Source of the DNA: Candidatus Latescibacterota bacterium
GTDB taxonomy: Bacteria > Latescibacterota > UBA2968 > GCA-2709665
Direction: 5' to 3'
Length of the DNA stretch: 64,000 nucleotides
Assembly (NCBI GenBank): GCA_963667175.2
Contig: CAXXXF010000006.1
Span: forward strand, 576,001 to 640,000
Below, in pieces: positions 1 through 9,737 of this stretch (positions within the stretch are counted from its first letter, which is position 1; each line of letters starts with the position of its first letter). The notes beneath the pieces are model-generated. The model worked only from the letters and a program-made list of their open reading frames with translations, was not told the DNA's origin and searched no databases. Position numbers and translations under genes: made by a program.

Positions 1-137
1 CGGCTACTTTTCCGATGCAGCATGACAATCCCGGCGAACGGGCCTCGGACGACGTTCGCGTGTGATTCCGCAATGACTTGCCGCTGTAACCACGTCATCG
101 GCAATAACGCCGATGTACATTCCCCGGGAGGGAATGA

Positions 138-1289
138 ATGAATCCACTTGAAGAGAGACTGAATCGATTGGAGACGCGCGTAACGCGCTATCGCAATTTC
201 AACGTCCTGCTGTGTCTACTGCTGGTCACCGTTGTCACGGTGGCCGCAAGAGAAGGCGCATCGCCGTTTCAGGCGAAGTCCGCTCCTCAACCCGCCGCGA
301 TGCCTCAAGGCGACTTCGGCATTCCTGATTTGCCTGACAGAAACGTGCCTGAGGTGCTGTATCCAACTGATAACTTCGCCGGAAAATTTCCTGCACAGAC
401 GCAGGGGACGATCCGCACGAGACGACTGGAGATTGTGAACAACGATGATGATGCGGTAGTTGTCCTGACACCCAATACCAAGGGTGGCGGTCTCATCTAT
501 GTGAATTCGCCCGAAAGTAGACAACTGGTTTATATCGGATCGTCAGCTGCAAGTGGAAGTGGTTTGGTATTGATCAATTCGACAGAAGAGAAAAACCTGA
601 TCTCCCTTTCATCAGACTCCGAGGCAGGAGATGGATATATCGGTATTAGAAACAGAAACGAAGCCCGTTTGCTCAGTTTCTTCGCACATAAAGAGAATCC
701 CAGGATACACATAAATAATGCTGAACATAAGAATCTGGCATACCTTGGCGCAAGCACATCGGGCAACGGAATGCTGAGTCTAAAGAATAAATCGGGAGAA
801 CGCATGGTGTCTGCGACTACAGATGATATGTCCGGTCACCTGAGTCTATTGAATAACAACGACAAGACGATTGCCTATTTGGGGACACATTCTGACTATT
901 TGGGAACACTTTCCGATGGTAGCGGGGTCCTGGAAATCTTTTCCAAAACAGGCACAGAGCTCATCACAGCGGGTGCAAACACCGCGGACAATGGATTGAT
1001 CAGAGTAAGCAATAGCCAGGGTGCCCTCGGCGTTGCGCTCGTTGCGGGAAAAGAACGTGGATACGTCGGGATACAGAACACCCAGGAGCGGCCTCTTGCG
1101 GAACTGACAGTGACGCCGGGCGGCGATGGACTTGTACGTACGTGGTCTTCACAGGGTATCATTACCTGGGCAAGCCATTCCGATCAGGTCGACGCGGGTT
1201 CATCCATAAGGGGTGATTTGGACGATGACGGCGACGTTGACGGTGATGACTTCCTGCTTTTTTCCGAGAACTTCGGCAAGAAAAAGTGA
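138..1289 (+). CDS. Exported/membrane-anchored beta-repeat protein with C-terminal dockerin/EF-hand-like motif
   Basis: N-terminal coiled coil plus hydrophobic helix; repeated G-x-hydrophobic-x-N strand units; C-terminus GDLDDDGDVDGDDFLLFSENFG; GGGAGG RBS. Confidence 0.65.
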   Translation: MNPLEERLNRLETRVTRYRNFNVLLCLLLVTVVTVAAREGASPFQAKSAPQPAAMPQGDFGIPDLPDRNVPEVLYPTDNFAGKFPAQTQGTIRTRRLEIVNNDDDAVVVLTPNTKGGGLIYVNSPESRQLVYIGSSAASGSGLVLINSTEEKNLISLSSDSEAGDGYIGIRNRNEARLLSFFAHKENPRIHINNAEHKNLAYLGASTSGNGMLSLKNKSGERMVSATTDDMSGHLSLLNNNDKTIAYLGTHSDYLGTLSDGSGVLEIFSKTGTELITAGANTADNGLIRVSNSQGALGVALVAGKERGYVGIQNTQERPLAELTVTPGGDGLVRTWSSQGIITWASHSDQVDAGSSIRGDLDDDGDVDGDDFLLFSENFGKKK

Positions 1290-1292
1290 GCA

Positions 1293-4202
1293 ATGTTGCT
1301 GCTTAAGAGATTGAAAACAAGCTGTCTTATCGTGCTTGCTCTTGCCGGTTTGCTTTCCGGTAGTGTGGTTATTGGCGCGTCCCCAATTGACTACGAGAAG
1401 GAAGATCATCATCCGAAACTTGAGGGCTTTCTGGCTCGGATCCATAAGAACTGGATAGCACAAAAGCGGGCGCTGGCCAAGGCGACGGCAAGAAAGTACG
1501 GCGCTGTGGTATCCGATGGCGAAAACGTCACGGTCGTATTGGAGCCCCGCCCCGGTCGGCGATCGGACAGTATCGATTTCGAGACCTTGACCGACCTTGG
1601 CGTCAGCGTTGTCGCCCAATCCCGGCATCTGGTTGAGGTATCGGCGCCGATATCCGAGCTCGATAGAGTGGCCGAGGCGGACGGCGTGCAGTTTGTGAGA
1701 TTGCCGATTAGGCCAGAGCCGGATGCCATTGTCAGCGAGGGTGTTTCGGACATCAGGGCGGAGGTCCTTACAGCAAGTGGGTTTACCGGACGGGGCACGA
1801 AGATCGGCGTCATTGATATCGGCTTTGTCGGTGTTCCGTCTGTGCAGAATCAGGGAGAACTGCCGGAAGTGTACCATCGGGATTTCACGCGACAGGGAAT
1901 TTTTGAAAAAGGCAACCTGTCTGAACGTGCCATGGCGCATGGATCGGCCTGTGCTGAAATCGTCCATGATATCGCGCCTGACGCTGAGATTCATCTGTAT
2001 AAGGTCGGCAATCTTCTAAGTTGGGAAAACGCAAAGGACGCGGCAGTCCGGGACAGCCTTGACATTGTCACGGTATCGTTGTCCTATTTTGATGGATTCG
2101 GCGATGGCTCGGGGCGCGCGTGTGAGATCGTCGACGACGCATTCCAGAACGGTATTTTGTGGGTCAATTCAGCGGGGAATTACGCCGGTAGAGTCATCCG
2201 CGCGCAGTTCAGCGACCCGGACAGTGATGGATGGCACAATTTTGACGGAGACGATGAAATCGCCACCCTGGAGGATGGGTCGGGAAAAAGAAACCTGCAA
2301 GAAGGAGAGGAGGTGAAGGCGTGGTTGATCTGGAACGAATGGCCCGTCACGTCCAACGACTACGATCTCGTGCTCGTAAGAATCAATCACGACGACAGCG
2401 TTGAGGTCGTCGAGCGTGCTGATACGAGGCAGGTGGAGTCACCTCCCAGAGAGAGTCTTGTCGATACCGTTCGTGAACCGGGAACCTACGGCCTTGCAGT
2501 ATGGAGAGCTGAGGACGCCAAATCTACCGAATTCAAGCTGATAAGCGGCAAACATGATCTGGACGGGCCCGTCTCCATTTCCGGGACGGTCTCGACACCC
2601 GGTGACGCGCGTGGCGCCCTGACGGTAGGCGCGTTAAGTCATCTTAACTGGACGACGGGGCCTATCGAGTCGTACAGTTCGCAGGGTCCTACGTACGACG
2701 GACGGTTCAAACCCGACCTGGTGGCGCCCGCCGGTGTTTCTACCATAAGTTATGGTCCTTCCGGATACTATGGAACTTCGGCGGCAACGCCTCACGTCGC
2801 TGCGGCGGCGGCGCTTCTTAAGTCCGCCAATCCTGTGGATTATAACGCCCAAAAGTTGAAGGATGTCCTTACCCAGGCCGTCGTTGATATGGGTGATCCT
2901 GGACGAGATAACGTCTATGGCTATGGTAGACTGGATCTGTCTCGCCTTCCCCGGTTTGACATGCCGGTTATCGAACTTTCGCGAACCGTCCTGGATTTCG
3001 GCGGAGTCCCGCTGGGTTCATCGCAGACGCTTGATCTTGGCATTTCCAATACGGGCGCGGCCTCATTGATTATTTCGAAAGTAGCATTTCCACCCGGCGA
3101 TTTCGACGTTTTGCCATATTCCCACGCCGTGGCGCCCGGGCGAAACTTAACGTTATCCGTCACGTTTTCGCCGCAGAGCGAGGGTGACAAATCCGGCTAT
3201 ATGACCATTCTGACCAATCTGCCGCCGACTCCCGTGACACTGATCGCGCGAGGCGTTCGGCAACCCGTTGATCCGGTTCCTCGGATCGCGGTGGTTTCGT
3301 CTCTGCGCGATTTTGGCGACGTCGACGTCGGTGGTTCGAAGTCATTGACTGTCACGGTCACGAATTCCGGAGACGCTGTCCTGTCCGTTACGGATATTGT
3401 CACCAGCGATCAACGTGTGAGCGTTTCGCCCCGGCAGCTTTCCATTCCGCCAAAGCAAAACGGCTACGTTACGATTCGGTTTGAGCCGAACCGGTCGGGG
3501 GAGTTGTCGGCGCGCGTGACCATTTACAGCAACGATTCAGAATCGCCCGCGGTCAGTTTTCCCGTTGCCGGAAGGGGACGCCAACCCGAAACCATGTCCT
3601 TTACGTTATCTCTCGCCGCTGACGCGCCGAAGAATCAGGGCGTCTATGCCGCGCCTTCGGACGGTGCCGTTGCGGTGGAAATACACGGCCAGCAGGTAAA
3701 GGACGCCATCGGATTTCGCGCCGTGTTTGACTTTGACGCTCCGGCCCTGTCTTACAGCGGCTTTGAAATCGGTAACGGCATTCCGAACGGGCATTCCCCC
3801 GGCTACTTTTATCCCTCCGACGATTCTTCCTCGGTTGAAGTCACCGCGGCGTCGTTCCGCGGGAAAATCGCGCAATCGACGGCGAAACTGGGCACGATCA
3901 AGTTCGCGGTCGCGGATGCCTTTCAATCGGGTCAGATCCGACTGAGTTACGCGCGCATTCGGCGGTCCGGGAAGTTTGAGGGTTTCGCCGATCCCGTGGT
4001 CCTGAGTTTTTCGAAACAGGGCCGTTGGACAGCCGACTTCGATGGAGACGGTACCGTCGGCTTTGCTGATTTTGTGCAGTTTGCAGGCGCGTTCGGTCTG
4101 AGTCGCGGTGACGCGGGGTATGACGCGAAGTTTGATCTGGATGGAAATGGCATGGTCGGATTCAGCGATTTTGTTATCTTTGCCGGTAGCTTTGGAGCGT
4201 AG
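1293..4202 (+). CDS. Secreted S8 subtilase with two Ig-like (ASH/choice-of-anchor D-like) domains, cohesin-like domain and paired dockerin-like motifs
   Basis: Signal peptide; catalytic motifs GVIDIG, HGSACA, GTSAATPHVA; two DFGxV...NxG Ig repeats; C-terminal DFDGDGTVGFADF / DLDGNGMVGFSDF. Confidence 0.88.
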   Translation: MLLLKRLKTSCLIVLALAGLLSGSVVIGASPIDYEKEDHHPKLEGFLARIHKNWIAQKRALAKATARKYGAVVSDGENVTVVLEPRPGRRSDSIDFETLTDLGVSVVAQSRHLVEVSAPISELDRVAEADGVQFVRLPIRPEPDAIVSEGVSDIRAEVLTASGFTGRGTKIGVIDIGFVGVPSVQNQGELPEVYHRDFTRQGIFEKGNLSERAMAHGSACAEIVHDIAPDAEIHLYKVGNLLSWENAKDAAVRDSLDIVTVSLSYFDGFGDGSGRACEIVDDAFQNGILWVNSAGNYAGRVIRAQFSDPDSDGWHNFDGDDEIATLEDGSGKRNLQEGEEVKAWLIWNEWPVTSNDYDLVLVRINHDDSVEVVERADTRQVESPPRESLVDTVREPGTYGLAVWRAEDAKSTEFKLISGKHDLDGPVSISGTVSTPGDARGALTVGALSHLNWTTGPIESYSSQGPTYDGRFKPDLVAPAGVSTISYGPSGYYGTSAATPHVAAAAALLKSANPVDYNAQKLKDVLTQAVVDMGDPGRDNVYGYGRLDLSRLPRFDMPVIELSRTVLDFGGVPLGSSQTLDLGISNTGAASLIISKVAFPPGDFDVLPYSHAVAPGRNLTLSVTFSPQSEGDKSGYMTILTNLPPTPVTLIARGVRQPVDPVPRIAVVSSLRDFGDVDVGGSKSLTVTVTNSGDAVLSVTDIVTSDQRVSVSPRQLSIPPKQNGYVTIRFEPNRSGELSARVTIYSNDSESPAVSFPVAGRGRQPETMSFTLSLAADAPKNQGVYAAPSDGAVAVEIHGQQVKDAIGFRAVFDFDAPALSYSGFEIGNGIPNGHSPGYFYPSDDSSSVEVTAASFRGKIAQSTAKLGTIKFAVADAFQSGQIRLSYARIRRSGKFEGFADPVVLSFSKQGRWTADFDGDGTVGFADFVQFAGAFGLSRGDAGYDAKFDLDGNGMVGFSDFVIFAGSFGA

Positions 4203-4558
4203 GACTTGACAAAGTGACGAACCGGCGCGCGGCGTGGCTTCTGCCTGCCTGCAGCGCAGGGCTGACCAACGCGAAGCCACGATAAGAGAATCCCATGCGT
4301 AAATGCATCTCAGCGTCTGCCCTCATTGCCCCATGCGTTCAATTTCCGTATATTGATCTGGCCTACAACGATTGCAGATGAGTTATTTTCCCGGACCGCT
4401 GATAGATGGATAGAACAGCCATTGAGAAAACCCTGTGACCACCGCGATTCATACGATAGAAGATCTCGTTCGCAATCGGGGCAATAATTCTGAGTGGCCT
4501 GATGTGCCGCGTGCTACAAACTCGCACTCAAGAAGGTAAATTAGAAAAAGGATGCGGC

Positions 4559-4787
4559 GTGAAAAATCAAGAAATTACAATTTGCGTAACGCCAGAGGCT
4601 GCTCGTGTTTATCAGTCCGCATCATTACAAGATCGTCGAAAATTAAACGTCTTGTTAAGTCTGCAATTGAGCGGTTTGAGAAAACCGGCACGTCCAATTG
4701 AAGATATTATGCGCGAAGCCAGTGAAGAAGCGCAAAAAAAACGGTTTGACGCCTGAAATATTGAATGAACTGCTAAATGAAGCATAA
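4559..4787 (+). pseudogene. Antitoxin of PIN TA pair, +1 frameshift in A8 run
   Basis: GTG start; removing one A at ~4734-4741 gives the family-like ending AQKNGLTPEILNELLNEA* which overlaps the toxin start. Confidence 0.6.
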
Positions 4788-5201
4788 ATTGCGCTATGTA
4801 CTTGATACGAATGTCATTGTCAGTGCTCTTCTTTTGGCCAATCAACATCTGGACGATCATTAAAAATCGCGCTGAATCAAGGTGCGTTGCTTCTTTCGGA
4901 GGCAGTCGCCGAAGAATTGGAAGAAGTGCTTCGAAGGGATCGCTTTGATCGCTATGTAAAAAGAGAAACACGCGAAGAATTTCTTCAATCACTCATCCAA
5001 AGCGCAACGTTTATTGCAATAACAGCTCACATAGAGATCTGTCGAGACCCCAAAGACAACCAGTATTTGGAACTGGCAGTCAATGGTAAAGCGGACTGCA
5101 TTATCAGCGGCGATACAGATCTCATTGTTCTAAGTCCTTTTCGAGGAATAAACATATTGCCACCTCATGAATTCCTGCTGACACTCGGTCCCAATGCTTA
5201 G
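4777..5201 (+). pseudogene. PIN-domain toxin (VapC-like), frameshifted in a T run
   Basis: MKHKLRYVLDTNVIVSALL in one frame, then CRDPKDNQYLELA...IISGDTDL in another; one added T near 4832-4835 joins them. Confidence 0.75.
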
Positions 5202-5257
5202 GTTCGGGTAAGCCGTCGTGCAATTACGCCCACCTTGATCCGTCAGCTGAATCGTCC

Positions 5258-6529
5258 ATGTCTCACCGATCCGAAGGACCCTCCGATACCCCGCCCCAAT
5301 TTCACGGCGCGCTCGCGCCGCTGAGCAACCCCGACTACCGCAGACTGCTGGCCAGCAACGCGCTCTGGTGGCAGTTCATGTGGATGGAAATCATCGTGGC
5401 GGGCTGGCTGGTCCTGGAGCTTACGGACTCGGCCTGGCAGGTGTCGCTCATCGGGTTCTACCGCATGGCCCCGCTGCTGTTGATCGGCTTCGTCTCCGGG
5501 CCCCTCATCGACCGGTTCGGCCGCAGGAGGATTATCATCTTCTCCCAGGCGGTCAATCTCGTCGTCTCCCTCCTGATCGCCCTGATCATCCTGACGGACC
5601 GCCTGGCCGTTTGGCATCTGGCCGTCGGCGCGCTGGTGATGGGCACGACCTGGGCGGTGGACTGGACCGCACGGCGTTCGCTGTTGCCGGACCTGGTGGG
5701 CAAGGCCCGAACCATGGACGCCATGCTCCTCGAGGGAATCTCCCAGAACGTCACCCGGGTGGCCGGGCCCTTTTCCAGCGGCGCCCTCTACGCGACCCTG
5801 GAACCGCTTGGCTGCTATCTGATCCTGACCGGGATCGCCCTGGCGTCTCTGATGATCCTTGGACGGCTCTCCAGACAACCCGCCCTCGAAAAAACGCCGA
5901 CGGACGGTTCACACTGGACCCGGACCGTGGAGGGGCTGCGTTATATCCGGCGAAACCCCGCGATTCTGGGGGTTACGCTCATTACGGTTGCCATGAACTT
6001 CCTGGTCTTTCCCTACCAGACCCTGTTGCCCGTGTTTGCGAGGGACATCCTGAATCAGGGCCCCGTCGGATTCGGCGTACTCGCCTCAGCCAACGGCGTC
6101 GGCGCGTTTGCTGGCCTGTGGATCGTCAGCAGGCTCCGCCGGGGCGTGACGACAACCCTGCTCTATGCGGGCGGCTCGTTTCTGATGGCCGCCGCCGTGG
6201 TTGTCTTTGCGACGTCGACCGGCTTCTACTTTTCGCTGGCACTCCTCATCCTGTCGGGAATCGGCCATGCGGCCTTCGGTCTTCTCCAGAGCACGATCGT
6301 CCTGCTATCGGCGCGGGACGACATGCGCAGCCGTGCAATGGGCGGCATCGTCCTCGCCATCGGCACGGGTCCGCCGGGCCGCCTGAGCACGGGCGCGGTC
6401 GCCGAACGCTTCGGCGCGCCCTTCGCCGTGGGTACGACGTGCGCCATCGCGGCCTTGTTCGTCGTTGCGGTCACGCTCGCCATGCCGGGTTTCAGAAACG
6501 CTCCGGCCGCACGTGAAGCGAGCGCATGA
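5258..6529 (+). CDS. MFS transporter
   Basis: About 12 hydrophobic segments; motif A GPLIDRFGRRRI. Confidence 0.9.
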   Translation: MSHRSEGPSDTPPQFHGALAPLSNPDYRRLLASNALWWQFMWMEIIVAGWLVLELTDSAWQVSLIGFYRMAPLLLIGFVSGPLIDRFGRRRIIIFSQAVNLVVSLLIALIILTDRLAVWHLAVGALVMGTTWAVDWTARRSLLPDLVGKARTMDAMLLEGISQNVTRVAGPFSSGALYATLEPLGCYLILTGIALASLMILGRLSRQPALEKTPTDGSHWTRTVEGLRYIRRNPAILGVTLITVAMNFLVFPYQTLLPVFARDILNQGPVGFGVLASANGVGAFAGLWIVSRLRRGVTTTLLYAGGSFLMAAAVVVFATSTGFYFSLALLILSGIGHAAFGLLQSTIVLLSARDDMRSRAMGGIVLAIGTGPPGRLSTGAVAERFGAPFAVGTTCAIAALFVVAVTLAMPGFRNAPAAREASA

Positions 6530-6659
6530 AGAAACCGTCCCCAGGAAGGGACGGCATTTTCGCCATCCGAATTATTACGTGGTCATTGATTCCAGCCGCG
6601 GATTTTTCGTTTTTTGTCGCGCGTTTCGTAGTTTCCAATGTTATTTTGCAGATAGCTTT

Positions 6660-7649
6660 TTACGTCGACAGAATCCGTTCGATCTCCCCTTTGAGCGATC
6701 CGTCCAACCTGGGGCCGTACTGCGCCACCACGCGCATCGACGCGTAGTTCGCGAGTTTCGCCGACTGCGCCGCGTCGAGTCCATGGGTAATCCCAAACAG
6801 ATAGGCCCCCGCGAACATATCGCCGGCGCCGTTGGTATCCACCGCATCGACGCTGAATCCCGGGGAGTGAAACCGTTCGCCTCCGTCCCGCACCACGGCG
6901 CCGTTGGCCTCACAGGTGACGGCATATGCGCCTACCATCGTTTCGAGCGCGGCGCAAGCGGCATTCGTATCGGGGGTTTCCGTAAACGCCTGCGCTTCAT
7001 CTTCATTGCAAAACAGCATGTCCACCCCGCCGGACGCCAGCGCCCGCATCCGGTCCCCGAACGCGGCCACGATGGAGGGGTCGCTCAGCGTCAGCGACAC
7101 CCGCGTCTTCCGCGCGCGCGCTTCGGCCTGGGCGGCAAGCGCCGCGGCGAACCCTTCATCCGAGGCGACAAGATAGCCTTCGATATACAGGGTTTCGCTT
7201 CTTCCGATCACCTCGGGTTCGAGCTGTTCCGGGCCGAACGTCCCGGTGATGCCCAGGTACGTATTCATCGTGCGATCGGCGTCGTCCGTGATCATCACGA
7301 GGCACTTGCCCGTAATTCCGTCACCCTGAAAACGGTTGGAAGCCACGCCCGCCGCCTCCAGGTCGCGGAGGTAGAAATCTCCGTACGAATCCTTCGCCAC
7401 CTTGCAGGCGTAATATGCCCTGCCGCCGAAGTCCGCCACGGCGATCATGGTATTCGCAGCCGAACCGCCCGACGAACGCTTCAGGACGTCATCGCCCAGG
7501 CTCTGGAGCAGTTCGTGATGGCGTTCCTCTCCGATCAGCGTCATGACGCCTTTTGCGATTCCCGCGTTGGCGAGAAACTTGGACGTGACGCGGTACTGGA
7601 TATCCAGCAGCGCGTTGCCGATTCCGTACACGTTATACGCTCTGCCCAT
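6660..7649 (-). CDS. PfkB/adenosine kinase family carbohydrate kinase
   Basis: GNALLD, GGSAANT, FCNEDEA, DTNGAGDMFAG. Confidence 0.9.
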   Translation of the reverse strand: MGRAYNVYGIGNALLDIQYRVTSKFLANAGIAKGVMTLIGEERHHELLQSLGDDVLKRSSGGSAANTMIAVADFGGRAYYACKVAKDSYGDFYLRDLEAAGVASNRFQGDGITGKCLVMITDDADRTMNTYLGITGTFGPEQLEPEVIGRSETLYIEGYLVASDEGFAAALAAQAEARARKTRVSLTLSDPSIVAAFGDRMRALASGGVDMLFCNEDEAQAFTETPDTNAACAALETMVGAYAVTCEANGAVVRDGGERFHSPGFSVDAVDTNGAGDMFAGAYLFGITHGLDAAQSAKLANYASMRVVAQYGPRLDGSLKGEIERILST

Positions 7650-7703
7650 TCGCGCTCCTTGCAATATCGTTTGGATTCCTTATCATTGTGGCGTACCCGG
7701 ATG

Positions 7704-7736
7704 GAAGTCGGGCAGGTTTGAAACCTGCCCGACTTC
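7704..7736. repeat. REP-like palindrome
   Basis: gaagtcgggcaggtttgaaacctgcccgacttc: 16-bp perfect arms; core shared with 8397-8425. Confidence 0.75.
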
Positions 7737-7987
7737 GTAAATAAGCGTGCAACGACCTGGATGGAAACAAACTTCCTGGAGTCGTACTGTACACGAAGGT
7801 TTCGAGGCGGGTTCAATCCCAACCCTGGCAGCCCGTTGAAAAAGCCCATCCGGACTGCCAATGGAACCGGAGCGTGCTGTGGCGGATTGTTTCCCGACGA
7901 TCCACCACTGGTGGAATCGGGCGAGGGGAAGCGGACGAAGAAGGCGTGGAAGGAGTGGCTAAACGGCCGGGGAGTGTCGGAACGGGA

Positions 7988-8236
7988 TTACTCAGCGTCA
8001 TCCAATCTGGCTTCGTTTTTGGCAATGCGTTCACCGAAGGAGTCCAGGCGGGTTTCGATTCTCTCGAAGCGGGCGTCAACTTTATCAAAGCGAGCATCCA
8101 TTTTGTCTTCGAGCCTGTCTATCCGCTGAGTAAGTCTGTCTTCGAGCCTGGAAGTAAGTGTCCACATCGCGCCAACCAGCGTTGCCAGGAAAACGACTAT
8201 GCGGATGTTATCGGCGTTAAAGATTCTGCTAATCAT
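7988..8236 (-). CDS. Small TM + coiled-coil hypothetical protein
   Basis: One hydrophobic helix then heptad repeats RLEDRLTQRIDRLEDKMDARFDKVDARFERIETRLD. Confidence 0.6.
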   Translation of the reverse strand: MISRIFNADNIRIVVFLATLVGAMWTLTSRLEDRLTQRIDRLEDKMDARFDKVDARFERIETRLDSFGERIAKNEARLDDAE

Positions 8237-8396
8237 GCCAGACTTCTCCAGTGGTGGTTGCTGGAAAATTATACAGGTCCTCAATTCTTGTCAAGGGCAA
8301 ACATTAATCTTGCGCGACGGTTCTCGGGCGTGGAACGTCAAATACTCTTAAAAATCGCGATCAGTAACCCAAACCTTACGCCATCTCCGGACGCAG

Positions 8397-8425
8397 GTAG
8401 GGGCAGGTTTGAAACCTGCCCCTAC
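8397..8425. repeat. REP-like palindrome with GTAG foot
   Basis: gtaggggcaggtttgaaacctgcccctac. Confidence 0.8.
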
Positions 8426-8524
8426 AATTGGGAGTCTGCCTAACCATAATACAATGACCTGGATAAACATTCCGAATGGTACGGCCGAAGTTTGGCGGGA
8501 GATCAGGAAGCGGGTGCAAAAGAC

Positions 8525-9025
8525 ATGGCGATTGACTATTACGACCTGCTGGGAGTAGAACGAGACGCCAGCGCCGCGGAAATTAGGCGGGCATACCGCG
8601 AGGCGGCTAAGCGGTATCATCCGGACCGCAACCGTGGTAACGAAAAGACTGCGGCAGAACTGTTTGTTATCATTCAACGTGCCGCTGATACACTGTTAGA
8701 TCCGGATCGCCGGACCGATTACGACAGTGTTTCGGCCACGAATTCACCGCCGAGCCCGCGGCCCGAAGCTGAACAACCGCCAACAAAAAAGGGCGCCGAT
8801 CGGAACCTTTTTTTATGTTTGATTTTTTGTGGCATTTGGGGCTTTTTGACCTGTCTGCTTTCCTGGAGTCTTTGGGAAGGGATAACCTCATTAGATGGTC
8901 CTTATTTTGTTAGCGTACTAGCCCTGATTGTGCCCTTATTGAGTTGGGCTTTGTGTATCTTGCTCCTCATTTTTGGTTTCTCGCGTTTGTTTGCAGAAAT
9001 TAAGTGGAAAAGGAAACAGTCTTGA
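8525..9025 (+). CDS. J-domain protein with two C-terminal TM helices
   Basis: DYYDLLGV...AYREAAKRYHPDRN (HPD motif). Confidence 0.85.
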   Translation: MAIDYYDLLGVERDASAAEIRRAYREAAKRYHPDRNRGNEKTAAELFVIIQRAADTLLDPDRRTDYDSVSATNSPPSPRPEAEQPPTKKGADRNLFLCLIFCGIWGFLTCLLSWSLWEGITSLDGPYFVSVLALIVPLLSWALCILLLIFGFSRLFAEIKWKRKQS

Positions 9026-9723
9026 GCACGATCATTACCTGCAACGTGCGGGACCAGGTCATCCTCATCGACGTTGAATCTGAAGACGATGGCGGGGGCT
9101 CGCGCAACCACGAACTCTGGCGTGCGAACTCCTTCAATGAGAAAGAGCCCGATACCCTGGACTGGATCGACGCCTGGTTCCAGCCCGGCGAGACGATTTA
9201 CGACGTCGGCGCGAATATCGGCCAATACTCCCTGTACGCGGCCCAAAAACTGAACGGTCGCGCCCGAATTCTCGCCTTCGAGCCGGAAGCCCTGAACCAC
9301 GCCAAGCTGAACAGGAACATTCTGCTCAACGACCTGGGAGAGGTCGTTACCGCCTACCCCCGTCGCTGTATCGGACCGCACGGCCATTCAGCACTTTTAT
9401 TCGTTCCCTTCGCGCCGGAGAACCGGCAGGGGGCGATGGCGGTGTCGCTGGACGACCTCACCGGGCGATTCGGCCTGCCGTTTCCCGATCACGTGAAAAT
9501 CGACGTCGACGGCATCGAAGACAGAATTGTCGCCGGCGCATCGCGAACGCTTGAAGACGTCAGATTGAAAACCGTGCTGATCGAAGTCTTCATGTTCGAA
9601 GACGTGGCCCGAAAGATCGAAACGGTCTTCTTCGAAAGGGGATTCGGCCTCGCCAACGCCGTTCCGGTCGACTACACCGAGGGTATTGTTCAGAACCTGA
9701 TCTTCAAGCGAGAGCAAACGTGA
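9022..9723 (+). CDS. FkbM-family methyltransferase, internally damaged
   Basis: YDVGANIG, AFEP, HVKIDVDG; out-of-frame segment at ~9361-9403. Confidence 0.75.
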   Translation: MSTIITCNVRDQVILIDVESEDDGGGSRNHELWRANSFNEKEPDTLDWIDAWFQPGETIYDVGANIGQYSLYAAQKLNGRARILAFEPEALNHAKLNRNILLNDLGEVVTAYPRRCIGPHGHSALLFVPFAPENRQGAMAVSLDDLTGRFGLPFPDHVKIDVDGIEDRIVAGASRTLEDVRLKTVLIEVFMFEDVARKIETVFFERGFGLANAVPVDYTEGIVQNLIFKREQT

Positions 9724-9737
9724 AATGAGAAGATACC

